Of a stretch of DNA of 64,000 bases, positions 41,153 to 51,638 are shown in pieces (position 1 is the stretch's first letter; each line of letters starts with the position of its first letter). Position numbers and translations under genes: made by a program. The notes below the pieces were generated by a model. The model searched no databases and was not told the origin of the DNA. It was given only the letters and a program-made list of their open reading frames with translations. Source of the DNA: a virus; the IMG/VR virus record IMGVR_UViG_3300024239_000355, positions 131,193 to 195,192 of that record, one strand, 5' to 3'.

Positions 41153-42475
41153 TTAACCAGACACTTCAGCAGTGTGAACGAAAGCCACCCAGCGAATAAT
41201 TTTACCAGCCTCACCGGTTACTTTAATCACAAGTGCATTTCCAGTATTTTCGGCTTCAACAACCGCATTCCATGCATTCTGATCTTCTGCCATCAGAATA
41301 GTCATCGGTTCTCCAACCAGCGAAACTATTCCAGCATTATTATCAATAGCGCCTTCTATCTTGTATGCCGCACTTTCATCATCACCATCAACACGTCGCG
41401 CAGCAATTTGAACAATAAAACTCCATGTAGTGTCTGTTGGAATGGGCAGAGCAGGTAATGATGTCAGAACACCATCCGCTGTTTCACCTTTCACAACATA
41501 AAGCCCTGACCGACAATTAGTGTCCCCTATGATTGAAACATTGCTGTCAATAGCAACGGTACCAGTAGAAGACATGATTGTTTTATTATTCACATCAAGG
41601 TTGCCACCCAATGTTGGTGCCGAATCCAACTCCATAGAGCCGCCACCAGATGTCCATACGAGATTACCAGCACCGTCAGTTCCAATAACTTGTCCAGCAG
41701 TTCCATCCGCAGCAGGAAAAGCCAATCCCTTAATGACCACACGCCCGGTACCATTGGGGGTAAGGATGATGTTTTCGTTATTCACGCTGACAATGGAATG
41801 TCCATTGACATCAAGATTTCCGCCCAATTTGGGGGTTGTATCAGATACAACATTGGCAGTACCGGTTCCACCACCCACTGCATCAGCATCCCAATAGAGC
41901 GACCCTGCACCATCTGTCTTCAGCACTTGACCGGCAGACCCGTCCACAGTCGGGAAACGCATTCCGTTCATAATCACGCGCCCGCCCATTACAGTCGTCA
42001 GGGTGATATTGGTAGTGCTGGTAATCGTTTTACCATTGACATCAAGATTGCCGCCGAGTTTCGGTGCAGAGTCCGCCTGTACACTGGTTAATGCCGTCAT
42101 CCAACTCAAACTACCAGCACCATCAGTCTTCAATACCTGATTAGGCGCACCATCAACATTGGGAAACCTAATAGTACCGAGAACAATTTTACCAGTCGGA
42201 AACAGAACAAGATCACCGGTACTGATGATTTGCTTTCCATTTACATCAAGGTCTGCGCCCAATTTAGGTGCGGCATCGGTGGACAGCTTGGTGGTCGGGC
42301 TACCCCACGTGAGGTTTCCAACGCCATCGGTGATTAACGCCTGCCCAACTGTACCATCACCCGCTGGGAACTTAATCGCCCCTAGCGTACCAATCGATAA
42401 AGACGGAATATTAACATAGCCAGTGACGGCTTTGATTTCGGAAGTGTTGTGATCAATAATCAAACCAGTCATCAT
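41153..42475 (-). CDS. Tail fibre protein (LGG.LDVN repeats)
   Basis: Four D..PKLG..LDVN plus FP..DG..GQ..TDG.G.L.W repeats; C-terminus paralogous to 42484..45699. Confidence 0.85.
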   Translation of the reverse strand: MMTGLIIDHNTSEIKAVTGYVNIPSLSIGTLGAIKFPAGDGTVGQALITDGVGNLTWGSPTTKLSTDAAPKLGADLDVNGKQIISTGDLVLFPTGKIVLGTIRFPNVDGAPNQVLKTDGAGSLSWMTALTSVQADSAPKLGGNLDVNGKTITSTTNITLTTVMGGRVIMNGMRFPTVDGSAGQVLKTDGAGSLYWDADAVGGGTGTANVVSDTTPKLGGNLDVNGHSIVSVNNENIILTPNGTGRVVIKGLAFPAADGTAGQVIGTDGAGNLVWTSGGGSMELDSAPTLGGNLDVNNKTIMSSTGTVAIDSNVSIIGDTNCRSGLYVVKGETADGVLTSLPALPIPTDTTWSFIVQIAARRVDGDDESAAYKIEGAIDNNAGIVSLVGEPMTILMAEDQNAWNAVVEAENTGNALVIKVTGEAGKIIRWVAFVHTAEVSG

Positions 42476-42483
42476 ATGGCTCC

Positions 42484-45400
42484 TTAACCCTTAACCTCAA
42501 CAACAGTCACATAAGCAACCCACCGTATAGACTTTGAAGCCTCGCCGGTCACAAATACCTTGAGAGTATCAGAGGTATTGTCTGGTTGGAAGTTTACGTC
42601 CCACGTCGTTTTGTCACGGGCAAAAATCTGTTTCGCCTGCACACCAACAATAGCCGTGGTACCGGTATTGTTATCCAGGCAAACTGTTATTTCAAAAGCT
42701 GCACTTTCATCGTCCACATCTGTGCGACGCGCAACAATGTACGATTTCGCCATCCATGTGGTGTCAACCGGAACCTGCATACGGGCGCCCGAACCATCCA
42801 AGTAGAGTTCAGCCGGTGCCGCACCGCTAGATTGACCACGCAGTACGTACATAACCGTGCGAGCATCACCGTAAACCGCGAAATTCCCGTTGCTGAGTGC
42901 AAGAGGGCTATCAACCACGAGGTTGGTAGCCGGATTGATCACAATGTCCCCAGACTGGCTTGTAATCGCCTTACCATTGACATCAAGATCAGCACCAAGT
43001 TGTGGCGCCACATCAGTGGAGAGAGTGGTTACCCCCGCATTGATCAATTTCCCGTCAATCGCCTGAAGGTGTGACCGTAGCGATTCGTTTGACGGAATAT
43101 AATTGTTTGGAATGTAGCCAGCCGCGATGTCATGGCTCGAACGACCGAAGAACGACCGAGTACCCGATAGCGAATCCACCAACGGATCACGGCTAGTATC
43201 GGTAACGGAATATGGACTGTTGGAAAGCTTATTGATACGCCCAAAAGTACCATCAGGTTGACGCAGACTTACCCCATCAATGTTCAATGCATGGGTGGAT
43301 TGACTTGCACTAGATTGAATACTATATCCACTACTGTCTTTGATAATACAACCAATAGAACGCAGATTCATCACACCCGCATCATGACGAACCCATCCAA
43401 TAGTTGTACAATTCTCAATTAAAGTCGAAGCATTACCAGTGAGGTTTTGAACCTGCATATCAGGATTGTTGGCACCTTGTATAACCAGCATCCCGGTACC
43501 AGACCCAGAATGGGCATTAACAACCGACCCAACCACAAAGGTATCCTTAATCAGCACAACCCCATCTACTGCCCCATCAAGACGAACCGCATCAGTATTG
43601 ACCGACCGGACAAACGAACAGTTGGTGATTGTGGTGGCACCAGGGTTGGTCAACTGCAAGCACACATCCGTGTTGACCACCTTGATGTTGCTAATCACGG
43701 TATCGGTCAGACCGGTGCAACTAATTTTACCGTTGATGATGACGCGGCTTGAGGTGTGAGCGCCATAACCGATCAATACCAGACCAGTAAGGGTCGGGAA
43801 GGTCAAACTCTCATTATATGTACCGGGCATGACCAGTACGACCGTATTGGCGATTGCCGCACCCAGTGCCTTGTTAATCGTCGCGTAAGGTTTTGCCAAG
43901 CCGCCGTCGCCGGTCGCATCATTGCCATTCACTGCAACATAAAGAATGTTGCTGGCTTTAACCATCCCAGAAAGAGATGACCACACTAAATGTCCGAAAC
44001 CATCGGTGGTCAAAACTTGTCCCGAGTTTCCGTCAACTGTCGGAAACGCAATACCGTTGAGGTTAATTACCCCTGACGCGGTAAAATCGGTGGCATTAAT
44101 CACTTCAGGGGCAGACCCACCAATCACTACTCCATTAAGAGTACCACCCGTAATTACAACTGCGTTGGCGTTCTGCTGCGCCATATTCCCAAGACCGAGA
44201 TTGGACACCAGAGACGTTACATCAGTAGCCCCGGTACCACCCTTGCTAATCGACAGCGGACCACCACCAAGATGATTGATATCCAGGCTTTCTTCGACCA
44301 CATCAAGCGCAACCGTATCGCCATCCACAATCGACAGCTTGGATGACCCAGTAATAGATTTAAAATGAAAATCAACCCCGTCTTTCTGCTTGAACAGACC
44401 GGTACCAGTACCAAGGTTGGTAACGGTGTTTGCTTCACCAGACCCGGACACCCCAACGGCATCATCCGCCCAACCCAGTGTACCGGCACCATCAGTCTTG
44501 AGGACTTGACCCGGCAACCCATCAGTATTTGGGAAACTTATTCCCGCGAATTGAAGAACCGGTGCATCAAGTACAATGGCGGTGGAACTAGTGATTTTCT
44601 TACCATTGACATCCAAATCGCCACCCAGAACCGGGGCGACATCATCGGATACCCGCATGTTTCCAGTGGTTGATAGAGCGCGGGCTTCCCACTTGGAGGC
44701 AAGCTCATTCCAAGTCAGCACTTGCCCATCAGTTGGATTGGCGGCGACATTGGCGAGATCGTTCAGAACCGAAGGTATTGTTGGAATCGTTGGGATATCT
44801 GGCTTGTTGATAAGTTCTTCATAGTTCCCTGAGAACGCCACATCAGCAAAGTCAGGCTTTCCAGTCAGATCACCATAAGCACCCGTCTTCGCAACCGGCG
44901 CAAGAGCCATAAATTCCAATCCATTACCAGTCGCTCGTACCGACAACACAGTACCTTCGGCACCCGTATAATCATCGGGAACGTCAGTAAGGTGAACAAA
45001 TTTCGTAACCGCTGTTGCGGGGATGTCCACGTCAATGGTAATTGTGTCGCCAATACTGACCAGATTGACGTTCTGACCAGCCTGAAGGGATTTGAACTTC
45101 AGATCAACGCCAGCTTTTTCTTTGAATAGACCAACCCCAGTACCAACATTGCTCGCGGTATTGGTTTCACCAGGGACAGTGATATTCTCAATGACCAATG
45201 CCCCATCATCTTCATAAATGTTGACGCCGCCACCGGCTTTCAGAGAACGAAACTGAAGTTCAGTATTGTACTTGCCGTTATATAAACCAAACCCGGTTCC
45301 TATATTTGTTCCAACGTTAACTTCCCCAGATACGGCAGCACTGATGGTGACCGAATCATTATCTGAAGTTAGGAGAATGTTTTCTCCCGCACGAAGACGT

Positions 45401-45699
45401 TTAAACTCAAGGTCAGCCCCGGATTTCTGGAAGAATAACCCCTCACCAGCACTCCCACGATTGCTCGCGGTATTTGACTCCCCGGCGATAACCGGCGGAA
45501 TACTGCTACTAATAACAATCTTCTTTTGGTTTGTCGTCGGTCCTATGACGCCATCCGCGTCAACAACGTCAATGTCGATACCAACACCAGCTTCAATACC
45601 ACGAAGTACGAGAACACCCCGGTCGGCGTCGAACTTTTCAATCAGGCTGGACTTCTGGGCGCCATCGCGGAGGGTGGAAACGATAGTGGTCATCGGCAA
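42484..45699 (-). CDS. Tail fibre/spike with beta-helix module
   Basis: DRFD-type N-module, ASN.GTG repeats, LYVAVNGNDATGDG module, shared C-terminal domain. Confidence 0.85.
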   Translation of the reverse strand: MPMTTIVSTLRDGAQKSSLIEKFDADRGVLVLRGIEAGVGIDIDVVDADGVIGPTTNQKKIVISSSIPPVIAGESNTASNRGSAGEGLFFQKSGADLEFKRLRAGENILLTSDNDSVTISAAVSGEVNVGTNIGTGFGLYNGKYNTELQFRSLKAGGGVNIYEDDGALVIENITVPGETNTASNVGTGVGLFKEKAGVDLKFKSLQAGQNVNLVSIGDTITIDVDIPATAVTKFVHLTDVPDDYTGAEGTVLSVRATGNGLEFMALAPVAKTGAYGDLTGKPDFADVAFSGNYEELINKPDIPTIPTIPSVLNDLANVAANPTDGQVLTWNELASKWEARALSTTGNMRVSDDVAPVLGGDLDVNGKKITSSTAIVLDAPVLQFAGISFPNTDGLPGQVLKTDGAGTLGWADDAVGVSGSGEANTVTNLGTGTGLFKQKDGVDFHFKSITGSSKLSIVDGDTVALDVVEESLDINHLGGGPLSISKGGTGATDVTSLVSNLGLGNMAQQNANAVVITGGTLNGVVIGGSAPEVINATDFTASGVINLNGIAFPTVDGNSGQVLTTDGFGHLVWSSLSGMVKASNILYVAVNGNDATGDGGLAKPYATINKALGAAIANTVVLVMPGTYNESLTFPTLTGLVLIGYGAHTSSRVIINGKISCTGLTDTVISNIKVVNTDVCLQLTNPGATTITNCSFVRSVNTDAVRLDGAVDGVVLIKDTFVVGSVVNAHSGSGTGMLVIQGANNPDMQVQNLTGNASTLIENCTTIGWVRHDAGVMNLRSIGCIIKDSSGYSIQSSASQSTHALNIDGVSLRQPDGTFGRINKLSNSPYSVTDTSRDPLVDSLSGTRSFFGRSSHDIAAGYIPNNYIPSNESLRSHLQAIDGKLINAGVTTLSTDVAPQLGADLDVNGKAITSQSGDIVINPATNLVVDSPLALSNGNFAVYGDARTVMYVLRGQSSGAAPAELYLDGSGARMQVPVDTTWMAKSYIVARRTDVDDESAAFEITVCLDNNTGTTAIVGVQAKQIFARDKTTWDVNFQPDNTSDTLKVFVTGEASKSIRWVAYVTVVEVKG

Positions 45700-45757
45700 A
45701 TACCCCGTAGATTATTTTGATCTCCGAAGTATTTATCGACACCACCGCCGTTTAGTG

Positions 45758-46759
45758 TCAGGACAATATGGTACTCAAATCGTAGAACTTGTGTTGCCCA
45801 TCATCAAACCCATATCCAATGAAATCGGTCGAAACCTGAGTAATGTGATTTCCCACTTCTACAACCCCACCGGTTTGTCCATCAGTCGGGTATAAGAATG
45901 TATGCCCTGCATTATTCGCCAACAAATACCGCCCACCACACACAAATATCGGCATGGATGGTAGCCCAGTTACCACTACCATTGATGTTATACCATTCTC
46001 ATTAATCGTTTGGTAAACATAGTCAATACCACTTGGGAAAACTGTCTTCAACACACCAGAATCCGTCAAAAAAACATCACTGATAGTACCAAATCCGGAG
46101 GTATCAGTGGGAACGGTCTTTACCGCAGTACCAGAACTCCAATCAATGAAATCAAATCTTGTAAGACCGGTATTATCAGTGTAGACCATCGCACCATATA
46201 CAGTGCTAGGCGATGCTATTTTCTTAACTAAAGTACCAGTTTGGCGGATAAACCCATACTGCGTTGAATAGGCAGTTGCATCCGCGAACCAACTTGAGTA
46301 CCGGCGCCAATGATAGGTTTGCGCATCATACCGATCTACCGCCATTGCCATACCACCATCCCCTGATGGGTTGATCACAAATTCAAGGTCATTGGCGTTC
46401 GTTACATTGTAGAATGTGGATGGAACACCCCAAATCCCTTGTGAATCCTGTGACGACCACCGCATTTGCGCAATATACGGAGACGTTTTGTAGTTGATTT
46501 CCACGGCAGTTTTACCGTTCGACACAATAAGATATTTATACATCAAATTTGATGTAAAAACTGGTTCTGTCGAATCAATAAAGCTGTTTCCAGATTTCTC
46601 ATAGAGATCAAATCCCACCAGAAATCCGGTACCGTCATCAAATAAGGTACCATCAACGGTTCCTGCCAATGTCTGGGTGGGTACCAACGTAATAATGTCG
46701 GGTGCGTCTACTTGCACACCCCCTGCCATGTAGTAATATGGAACGGGAAAGAACATCAT
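45758..46759 (-). CDS. hypothetical virion-associated protein
   Basis: 333 aa, beta-rich, in the fibre cluster. Confidence 0.7.
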   Translation of the reverse strand: MMFFPVPYYYMAGGVQVDAPDIITLVPTQTLAGTVDGTLFDDGTGFLVGFDLYEKSGNSFIDSTEPVFTSNLMYKYLIVSNGKTAVEINYKTSPYIAQMRWSSQDSQGIWGVPSTFYNVTNANDLEFVINPSGDGGMAMAVDRYDAQTYHWRRYSSWFADATAYSTQYGFIRQTGTLVKKIASPSTVYGAMVYTDNTGLTRFDFIDWSSGTAVKTVPTDTSGFGTISDVFLTDSGVLKTVFPSGIDYVYQTINENGITSMVVVTGLPSMPIFVCGGRYLLANNAGHTFLYPTDGQTGGVVEVGNHITQVSTDFIGYGFDDGQHKFYDLSTILS

Positions 46760-46768
46760 TATACCTCG

Positions 46769-49700
46769 TTAGCTAAAATTCACCCCAGAAAGCGCACCAT
46801 ACCAAGTTATCCCCTGATCCCAGGTGGTTAATACTACGAGGTCCATCGCATCCGCACCGGTAGAGAGAACCGGTGCAACGCCCCCTGCCCACTTCACAGA
46901 ACCCGGCCAAGTCACCAACCGTCCACCAATCGCATCCTGCTTCAACCACACAGATAGCGACACCGCTTTCAGATCGGGCATCGTCTGGCTAAACGATACC
47001 GTTGTGTCCGCATCTAGATGCACACAATGGTTGGAAATCTGAACATCCAGTGCATATGCACCGGTTGAAGTACCTTCCTGATGGGTGACAGCAACATTCT
47101 TTTCAAATTCCACAATACCGTTACTGCTCGTGATTCCCCATTGAGCAACATCTAGAGCAGCCGCAAGTTTTGGCGCCAAATCATCTTCCAGCTTGGTTAA
47201 ACCAACGGTAATTTCATCGTGCCACGCCAAACTACGCCATGCAGACCAATCGGGCTGGGTATCATCCTTGACGCGAATTGCAACATGATCCATTATGGAA
47301 CCATCATTGCAATCCCAATTGACGGTCATTTGGGCACCACGATTGCCATACATCATCGTCCAACCAGACCGGTAGTCAGTCGGCTGATCAGAGGCGGAAT
47401 AAGCGTCAAGACCAGAAAGACCATTGGCGAACAAAGTCGGCGCTGTACCCCCGGCTGGCGCGACATAATACAAGGAATGTCCGTCAACATACCCTTTGGT
47501 CACTGCATGATTTACCGCCGTTGGGTTGCCTACCAACATAAGGTCACCCGTCATAGTACCACCGCTAAATGATAACTTCCCATCCAGGGCAATTTCCGCA
47601 TCAGCCATACGGGTTTTCAGACTATCAATCTCACCCACGAACCCGCTATCCGCAGTTCCCAGTAAGGACAATTTCTGGTCAATCCCATACAGGTGCCCGG
47701 AAATATTGGTGTCGGATGCCGTGTAATTAGCAGATGTGTACTCCGCAGCAATACCCGAACCACCAACCCACGACAATTCCCCGCCACCATTAGTGCGAAG
47801 AACCTGACCAGCAGTGCCATCGGTATTCGGCCAGAAATGCCCATCCAGGCGAACCTTACCGTTACCATCAGGCACAAGGGCAATATCCCCATCAACCTCG
47901 GTCGTCACAATAGCGAACCCGTTGACATCGAGATTGCCACCAAGAGCCGGGGTCGTGTCTTCTTCAACACTATGCAGCAAACCAGTGACGCGAACCGTCA
48001 GATCATCCGCCGTAGCATCAATCGCCACGTCGGTACCTGCCTTGATGGTCTTCAGAACAAACGCTGGTCCAACGCCGTCTGTGACCAACGAGTTCCCACC
48101 AGTAGTGCTGGTGACGCTATAGACGACCGGTGTATTCCAGAATAGATTACCAGTACCATCGGTGGTCAATACTTGCCCATTGATCCCATCAACCGATGGA
48201 AGCTTCATTCCATTCAAACGAATGGTTCCGTTTGCCGCCAAATCGGTAAACTTGGCTTTGCCAGCCAACCCATATCCAATCTCAACGCCATTGATCATAC
48301 CACCCTGGATGTCAACGTTCGCCTTGGATTGGATTGCCATATCGCGCAGACCAAGAGCCACACGTGCGGACACCGGATCGGTCAGGTCGGAGAGGTTATT
48401 GGAAATACGCAGGTATCGCGTGTCGTTGTAACCACGGTTGGCAACATGGACATCTTGGTTCGGTGCATTTGTGACCGCCAAATACCCAGCACCAGGGGTC
48501 CAATATTCGTTGTTTTCATCAAAGAACCATGTGGCATCCTGTTGGGTGCCGCGCTCGATATGCAGCCCGGCAACCCCATAACCGGCAGTACCCGGCTTGT
48601 TCAGAATGATACGAGGGGTGTCGAAATTCACCACCGCAGACTTGACGGTAGTATTTGCGCCCGTCACCAACAGGTTGGTCCGAATGGTCGTCATCGTTTC
48701 ATCGACGCCAATACGCTGAACACCCGCAGTGGACAGCCCAATAGAGTTTGGACCCGCTAGATAAAGACCATTGTCGCTATCCGCAAACGTCAATGCAGGC
48801 TGCGCTTCAGTACCATCAGTAAGAACAACCCGACCAACAGAGAACGAAAGATCACCCGACATTGTATCGCCGGTCACGTTGACGTAGCGAGCATCAGACT
48901 CGGCACTATCATAGAACCCAACGACTTCAAGGTTTAGGGTAGAACTCATCAAATCAGTAATCGTGACCGAACCCGAGGCATCGCCCGCTAGAGTGATGGT
49001 GAAATCATCCACATCAATCAACGGGTTCCCATCAATTCCGTTTCCGTTGGCAACAGTCAAACCAGCACCAACCGTGATAGCGCGACGAGTGAACGTATCA
49101 TTGCCAGACTTGACGACTAAACCATCCCCAGCCCCATTAATGGAGTCCAAAACCGCGCCATCCACATCCAGATCACGCCCGTCTATTTTCTTCCCGGTAG
49201 CCACGGCAAAATCATTGGAGATCGTCCACGCCCCCGTAATCGTAGCGTTCTCAACCTTACGGGGATAATCCGAAGGTTCATAGTTACCCAAATGGAGAGC
49301 ATTGGTGGCGTCCCCATCAAAAAGCGTCGCCTTCAGGGTTGAATTACCCACGGAACGATCCGAGGCGCCCGCTGAGACGAAATGGAATACCTTGTCGTCA
49401 GTATCATACCAGAATTGATCAAATCCGGGCGCGGCAGGCGTCTGGAATCGGATGCTGTGGGTATCGAGGAACAATTCTTCCGTCGCACCATTAGGTCCAT
49501 GATTTAAAAACCGAGCATCAGATTCGGACTTACTGTATACGTCGATGTTCGAGCGAGCCGCAGCGGCATCGGTTAAGTCAGAGAGGTTAAGCGTTTGCTG
49601 TGTATATCGAGCGTCATTATAATTACGATCACCAACCTGAGTACCACTGATCGGAGCGGCAATATTCCCAAGGTTCTTTTGGCTGAATGTCCATTGATCT

Positions 49701-50119
49701 TGGACTTCTTCCCAGATAAACCCAACACGCGGCTTTGACCCGCGATCAATTTCTATTCCTGCAAGCCCCAGACTGACCCCGGCACCAGTCTCGCCCTTGT
49801 TGAGAAGGATTTTGTTATCTTTTACCTCAAGGTCAACTGAGTTGATTTGCGTCTTTACGCCAGCGACATTCAAACCACCCGTGACGGTAAGATCACCATC
49901 AATGGTCATCGCATCGAAAATTGGGTTGGTTGCTACATGGATGACAATTTTCTTCTGGGCAGTACCAACCAAACCATCAACGTCAGTCAATACCAAATCG
50001 CAATTCTTCCCAGCTTCAATACCACGAAGAACTACAAACCCACGGTCTACGTCAACACGATCTATGATTCCAAGCTGGTTATACCCATCATCTAGGGTGG
50101 AGAAAAATTTATCAACCAT
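46769..50119 (-). CDS. Long tail fibre protein
   Basis: Start MVDKFF with GGAGG SD; DN.ILLN..AGIEIDRG, NLSDL.D...AR, GGTMTGDL, C-terminal QDA.GGR.VTWP.SVKW.GG.AP.LS domain. Confidence 0.87.
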   Translation of the reverse strand: MVDKFFSTLDDGYNQLGIIDRVDVDRGFVVLRGIEAGKNCDLVLTDVDGLVGTAQKKIVIHVATNPIFDAMTIDGDLTVTGGLNVAGVKTQINSVDLEVKDNKILLNKGETGAGVSLGLAGIEIDRGSKPRVGFIWEEVQDQWTFSQKNLGNIAAPISGTQVGDRNYNDARYTQQTLNLSDLTDAAAARSNIDVYSKSESDARFLNHGPNGATEELFLDTHSIRFQTPAAPGFDQFWYDTDDKVFHFVSAGASDRSVGNSTLKATLFDGDATNALHLGNYEPSDYPRKVENATITGAWTISNDFAVATGKKIDGRDLDVDGAVLDSINGAGDGLVVKSGNDTFTRRAITVGAGLTVANGNGIDGNPLIDVDDFTITLAGDASGSVTITDLMSSTLNLEVVGFYDSAESDARYVNVTGDTMSGDLSFSVGRVVLTDGTEAQPALTFADSDNGLYLAGPNSIGLSTAGVQRIGVDETMTTIRTNLLVTGANTTVKSAVVNFDTPRIILNKPGTAGYGVAGLHIERGTQQDATWFFDENNEYWTPGAGYLAVTNAPNQDVHVANRGYNDTRYLRISNNLSDLTDPVSARVALGLRDMAIQSKANVDIQGGMINGVEIGYGLAGKAKFTDLAANGTIRLNGMKLPSVDGINGQVLTTDGTGNLFWNTPVVYSVTSTTGGNSLVTDGVGPAFVLKTIKAGTDVAIDATADDLTVRVTGLLHSVEEDTTPALGGNLDVNGFAIVTTEVDGDIALVPDGNGKVRLDGHFWPNTDGTAGQVLRTNGGGELSWVGGSGIAAEYTSANYTASDTNISGHLYGIDQKLSLLGTADSGFVGEIDSLKTRMADAEIALDGKLSFSGGTMTGDLMLVGNPTAVNHAVTKGYVDGHSLYYVAPAGGTAPTLFANGLSGLDAYSASDQPTDYRSGWTMMYGNRGAQMTVNWDCNDGSIMDHVAIRVKDDTQPDWSAWRSLAWHDEITVGLTKLEDDLAPKLAAALDVAQWGITSSNGIVEFEKNVAVTHQEGTSTGAYALDVQISNHCVHLDADTTVSFSQTMPDLKAVSLSVWLKQDAIGGRLVTWPGSVKWAGGVAPVLSTGADAMDLVVLTTWDQGITWYGALSGVNFS

Positions 50120-50145
50120 TAGTGACCTCCAAGCAACGCTCAGAG

Positions 50146-50170
50146 TATTTATCGGTACCCTGTCTAAATA
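50146..50170. promoter_or_regulatory. Back-to-back T4-late-like TAAATA promoters
   Basis: TATTTA 50146-50151 (minus) and TAAATA 50165-50170 (plus) between divergent late genes. Confidence 0.65.
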
Positions 50171-50175
50171 AAGAC

Positions 50176-51045
50176 ATGAAGATATTCGAAGTGACTGAAC
50201 CAAAAAGCTCCGTTTTCTACCACGTGACATTCAAAAGTCGGCTTAAGTCGATCATGAAGAACGGGATTACATCTGGACATAAGCGCAACTGGAATAACCG
50301 TTTCGGTTCCAAGCTTGGCAGCACTAGACTGATCTATTTGTTCAGCGACTATACGTCGGCAGTGCGGTGGGCAGCCCGGATGGAATGGGACTTCCGCGAC
50401 CAGGGCAATCCCGAAATCGTCATCATCCGCATCCAATTCACCGGTTATGGTCGGCGGGACGAACACTGGGAAAATGATGGGTCATGGTGGACTACGGTGG
50501 ACCCCATTCCACCGGATCAGATCATCGACGTGATCCCATTGACGCTCGAAATGAAGCGGGAAGTGGCACAAACTGATAAGGCAACTCCACCAGCCCTGCC
50601 ACTTGATGAAAAAGTCAAAGTCTTGACTATCCATTCCGGATGGACACGCCTTGGTGGTTCCCCCATTATGGCGGAAAATCTACGGGTATTCGAGAATCCG
50701 CTACGGAAAGAATTCGAGGTAGCTGTCCAAGAAGTATATGCGATGGATGGTGAACCGAGCTTACGGGGCATTGCTCATGATGGGCGTGTTTGGGTATGGA
50801 ATGCCGAAAAAGCAACCCATGATGCCTTATTACAAAATCTCGGTCTTCATGATCCAACGACAGGTGATTTTAACTACAAGAACCCAGCCTTCTGTTTCTT
50901 CATGGTATACACGTCAACCAGTTCCGATCACCCATTAGTCCTAAGCTATAACGGCGTGGCAAACAACATCGAGGTTCTAAAGAACACCGTAGCCAAACGC
51001 TGGAAAGTCAAAATAATTGATGGTGGACCTTTCATGGCACGTTAA
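50176..51045 (+). CDS. ADP-ribosyltransferase-fold (Tpt1/KptA-like) protein with capsid-targeting-like N-terminus
   Basis: MKIFEVTE leader; FYHVT..LKSIMKNGI, IYLF, IIRI, IPPDQI pattern. Confidence 0.6.
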   Translation: MKIFEVTEPKSSVFYHVTFKSRLKSIMKNGITSGHKRNWNNRFGSKLGSTRLIYLFSDYTSAVRWAARMEWDFRDQGNPEIVIIRIQFTGYGRRDEHWENDGSWWTTVDPIPPDQIIDVIPLTLEMKREVAQTDKATPPALPLDEKVKVLTIHSGWTRLGGSPIMAENLRVFENPLRKEFEVAVQEVYAMDGEPSLRGIAHDGRVWVWNAEKATHDALLQNLGLHDPTTGDFNYKNPAFCFFMVYTSTSSDHPLVLSYNGVANNIEVLKNTVAKRWKVKIIDGGPFMAR

Positions 51046-51050
51046 AACAG

Positions 51051-51082
51051 GAAACCCCCGGACCTTTCGAGCCGGGGGTTTC
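51051..51082. terminator. Bidirectional terminator
   Basis: GAAACCCCCGG/CCGGGGGTTTC. Confidence 0.8.
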
Positions 51083-51410
51083 TTTATTAGGGAGAGCGTC
51101 GTTTTGGGACATCGCTCTCTGTCTGTCCGGTCTTTCATCTACGTGTCGCAGCAACAAAGTGTTGCTCTACTTACGGTCCTTGCGGCATCATGGGGAACTC
51201 CCCTGTAGCGGCCAGTTCGGGTCGCGGATGGCGTCCATCCCGCGTGGTGGTTGTCGGCGCCCGTAGCTCTTCCGTCAGATTTGGTGGCTAGGGGCGCACT
51301 TGGCTTTCTCTCTGCCTGTCGTCCATAAAAGTCGGTAACTTACCTCGGGGGACCGGTCTTCATGGCGTTGGCTCCGCTTTACTTTTGAAGGACTTGAGCG
51401 CCCCTCACAG
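51083..51410 (-). ncRNA. Candidate large structured ncRNA (~330 nt), unknown family
   Basis: Consensus promoter at 51416-51444, terminator at 51051-51082, no credible ORF, many stems. Confidence 0.55.
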
Positions 51411-51415
51411 ACATC

Positions 51416-51444
51416 AATCTACAGGTTGCAAACCCCCTTGTCAA
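51416..51444 (-). promoter_or_regulatory. sigma70 promoter
   Basis: TTGACA-17 nt-TAGATT on the minus strand. Confidence 0.8.
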
Positions 51445-51509
51445 CAGGGTCAGCGAATTTTTTGATAAATATTGACCATAACTTACTTTTGGGATACTGG
51501 GTTCTCATC

Positions 51510-51638
51510 ATGTGGACCAATATTCGGATCAACCTTCGACTTATCCTCCCAGTCGCGTTAGCGGCTGGGTCACGCATGAGTTGATCGATCCAACCTCGGT
51601 GGTTGGTCGGTAGAGATCACCATAAGTCTGAGGTTGCC
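51510..51638 (+). promoter_or_regulatory. Putative leader peptide and SD-sequestering hairpin of leuS
   Basis: uORF MWTNIRINLRLILPVALAAGSRMS (51510-51584); CAACCTCGG (51591-99) pairs with CTGAGGTTG (51628-36), which contains the SD. Confidence 0.45.

Noticed and set aside
11481-50119. DGR or invertase shufflon diversifying fibres
   Set aside because: No reverse transcriptase or recombinase in the window; paralogous segments diverge at synonymous sites rather than at adenines only
51083-51410. tmRNA (including permuted two-piece), RNase P RNA or T-box
   Set aside because: CCACCA occurs but without a TTCRA T-arm or tag ORF; no GAGGAAAGTCC P4 signature; no T-box antiterminator consensus, and the promoter points away from leuS
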